From contig OZ024750.1 of NCBI GenBank assembly GCA_964016885.1, positions 9,238,001-9,302,000 of the forward strand: a stretch of 64,000 nucleotides of DNA, given 5' to 3'. Positions 62,016 through 64,000 of the stretch are shown piece after piece (the first letter of the stretch is position 1; the number at the start of each line of letters is the position of its first letter). A program made the translations under genes and the position numbers. The notes under the pieces are model-generated. The model worked only from the letters and a program-made list of their open reading frames with translations, did not search any database and had not been told where the DNA came from. Origin of the DNA: Eledone cirrhosa (lineage: Eukaryota).

Positions 62016-62484
62016 ATATATATATATGTCTAACCCATGCTAGCATGGAGAATGGACGTAAAACGGTGATGATGATGATATATATAACCCCCAAACAGTT
62101 GTCAATTGTTTCCCGAGGCTACTGCTAGAATAAAAGAATGATGAAAGTCATCTAAAACAAATGATGTTATGAGGTTGTGCTTGCAAATGAATCGAACATT
62201 AATAATTGTTTCTACTTTAGGCACAAGGCCAGCAATTACCCAATGCATTACTGGTACTTTATTTTATCGACCCCGTAAGGATGAAAGGCAAAGTCAACCT
62301 CGGCGGGATTTGAACTCAGATCGTAAAGGGACGTAACTATGCTGGAAAGCATGGCGTCCGACCCTCTACCGATACTGCCAATCCACCGCCCTCGAACATT
62401 AATAATGTTATTAGAATATTATTATTATTCGATATAGAATTCACGAATGCATTTGCGGATTCGCTATGTTAGAGCGAAAACAAC

Positions 62485-62533
<49 letters not shown>

Positions 62534-63935
62534 GTCTGTCTGTGTGTGAAGTAGCCCCTGTAAAATGATAAAGTGTAAAATGATGATGATGATATATGTA
62601 TACTGAATTTCAGCTCCAACCATCTCTGATATGGGAGCAATGATACAATAAGGAATTTACACCAACACCCAGTTAGTTATAAAAACACTCAAGTAGCCCT
62701 CATATGACAACAGTCTTTCAGTAGTTAAATAGTTAAAATTGTAATGGCAGTAACAACTTTTATCAACTAATCTTGGTTCACTCTCTCAGATTGGTGACCT
62801 CTATAATTTGGCTGACATGTAATGGTATCTTTAATATTTATGTCGTCTGCAACTCATAACTTCTGGAGTCTTCTAAATCTGAAATAGTCTGTGTTAAGAA
62901 GAGAAATTCATCCAAAGTTTTAAAACATAAAAAAAAAAAAAGACTTGAATAAAAGCCTCGGCGGCCATGTTATTCAGCGGCTCCAAACTATTCTTGGTTA
63001 TAATGTTCAGTTTTTCTAATGTATTCTTAAAAGGTAAAGTTAGACATTTCATTGAGTTGATTGTTAATTGGATAAAAGGAAAGTGAAACAATGTTATTTT
63101 TAGACTGTTTCCACGGAAACACAGAGAGAGAGAGATCTGTTGTTATTACACATTGAAAGCATAGAGATTTGTTCCATTGTTTCATTATAATTCCTCCTGA
63201 TTTATACAACACAGTGAAAAATGTTCCCTTGTTAACCAATTCAGTAGAACATTGGCCAGCACTTCAAATTAATATCTCATAATCTTTTTTATATTTATCA
63301 GATCAAAAGTATTTTAGATTTTTAGATTTCACATTTATCATTAATGTTTGTATATTAAAAATTGTTCTTTCTAATATTTCACTGATATAGTATGAATTTG
63401 ATAGTTAACAAATCTTTCTAATAAAATATACTTAATCTGAAAACAAAAGAGACTTTGAATACAAATATATTTTATTATCACTAGTTTAATTAATAATAGG
63501 ATATTATAAAACATTTTGAATATTACAAATGAAAAATATTTTCTTGTTCTCATAAATCAATGTTATATATGTATGTAGGGTAGTATGTATGTCGGGAAGT
63601 ATGTATGTATATGTATGTGTGTATAGAAGTATGTGTATATGTATGTATGTGTGTGTGTATGTACATGTGTGCCAGTGTCTATGTTAGTATGTATGTAGGA
63701 AAATAAGTTTGTATGTATGTATGAAAGTATGTATGCATATATGTATGAAAATATGTATTTATGTATTATGTATGATGTATGTATGTATGTATGTAAATAA
63801 ACAAGTATGAATATATTTATGAATGAATGTATATAAAAAGCTATGAATATATTTATTGATGTATATATATATATATAAAACATATATATATATCTGAATA
63901 TATTTATGGATATATACATACATGTATATATATAT

Positions 63936-63990
<55 letters not shown>

Positions 63991-64000
63991 CATGTGTATA

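Overview
AT-rich, microsatellite-dense animal genomic DNA. An octopus/cephalopod origin is inferred from the SINE and microsatellite landscape and is not proven. Protein-coding content is two tandem SLCO/OATP organic-anion transporter paralogs on the + strand: the last 3 exons of one (711-5043) and a complete 10-coding-exon copy (15279-24919, 696 aa by my splicing). Almost all other ORFs in the track are translations of micro- and minisatellites. The rest is repeats: about 30 copies of a tRNA-derived SINE, a CORE-type SINE, RTE, CRE and Tx1 LINE 3' fragments, a mariner relic, piggyBac-like MITEs and satellites. The main hidden signal is a set of short non-coding elements, mostly fold-back (palindromic) and mostly sitting in (TA)n tracts. 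They carry type I hammerhead ribozyme motifs (CUGANGA...GAAA...UH) with covarying stems, a recurrent stem II mismatch, often palindromic stem III and a shared 3' ACUC/GAGU hairpin tail. They look like several families of Penelope-like/retrozyme-type retroelements. Sense-strand copies lie in introns and just 3' of the stop codon of the first SLCO gene.
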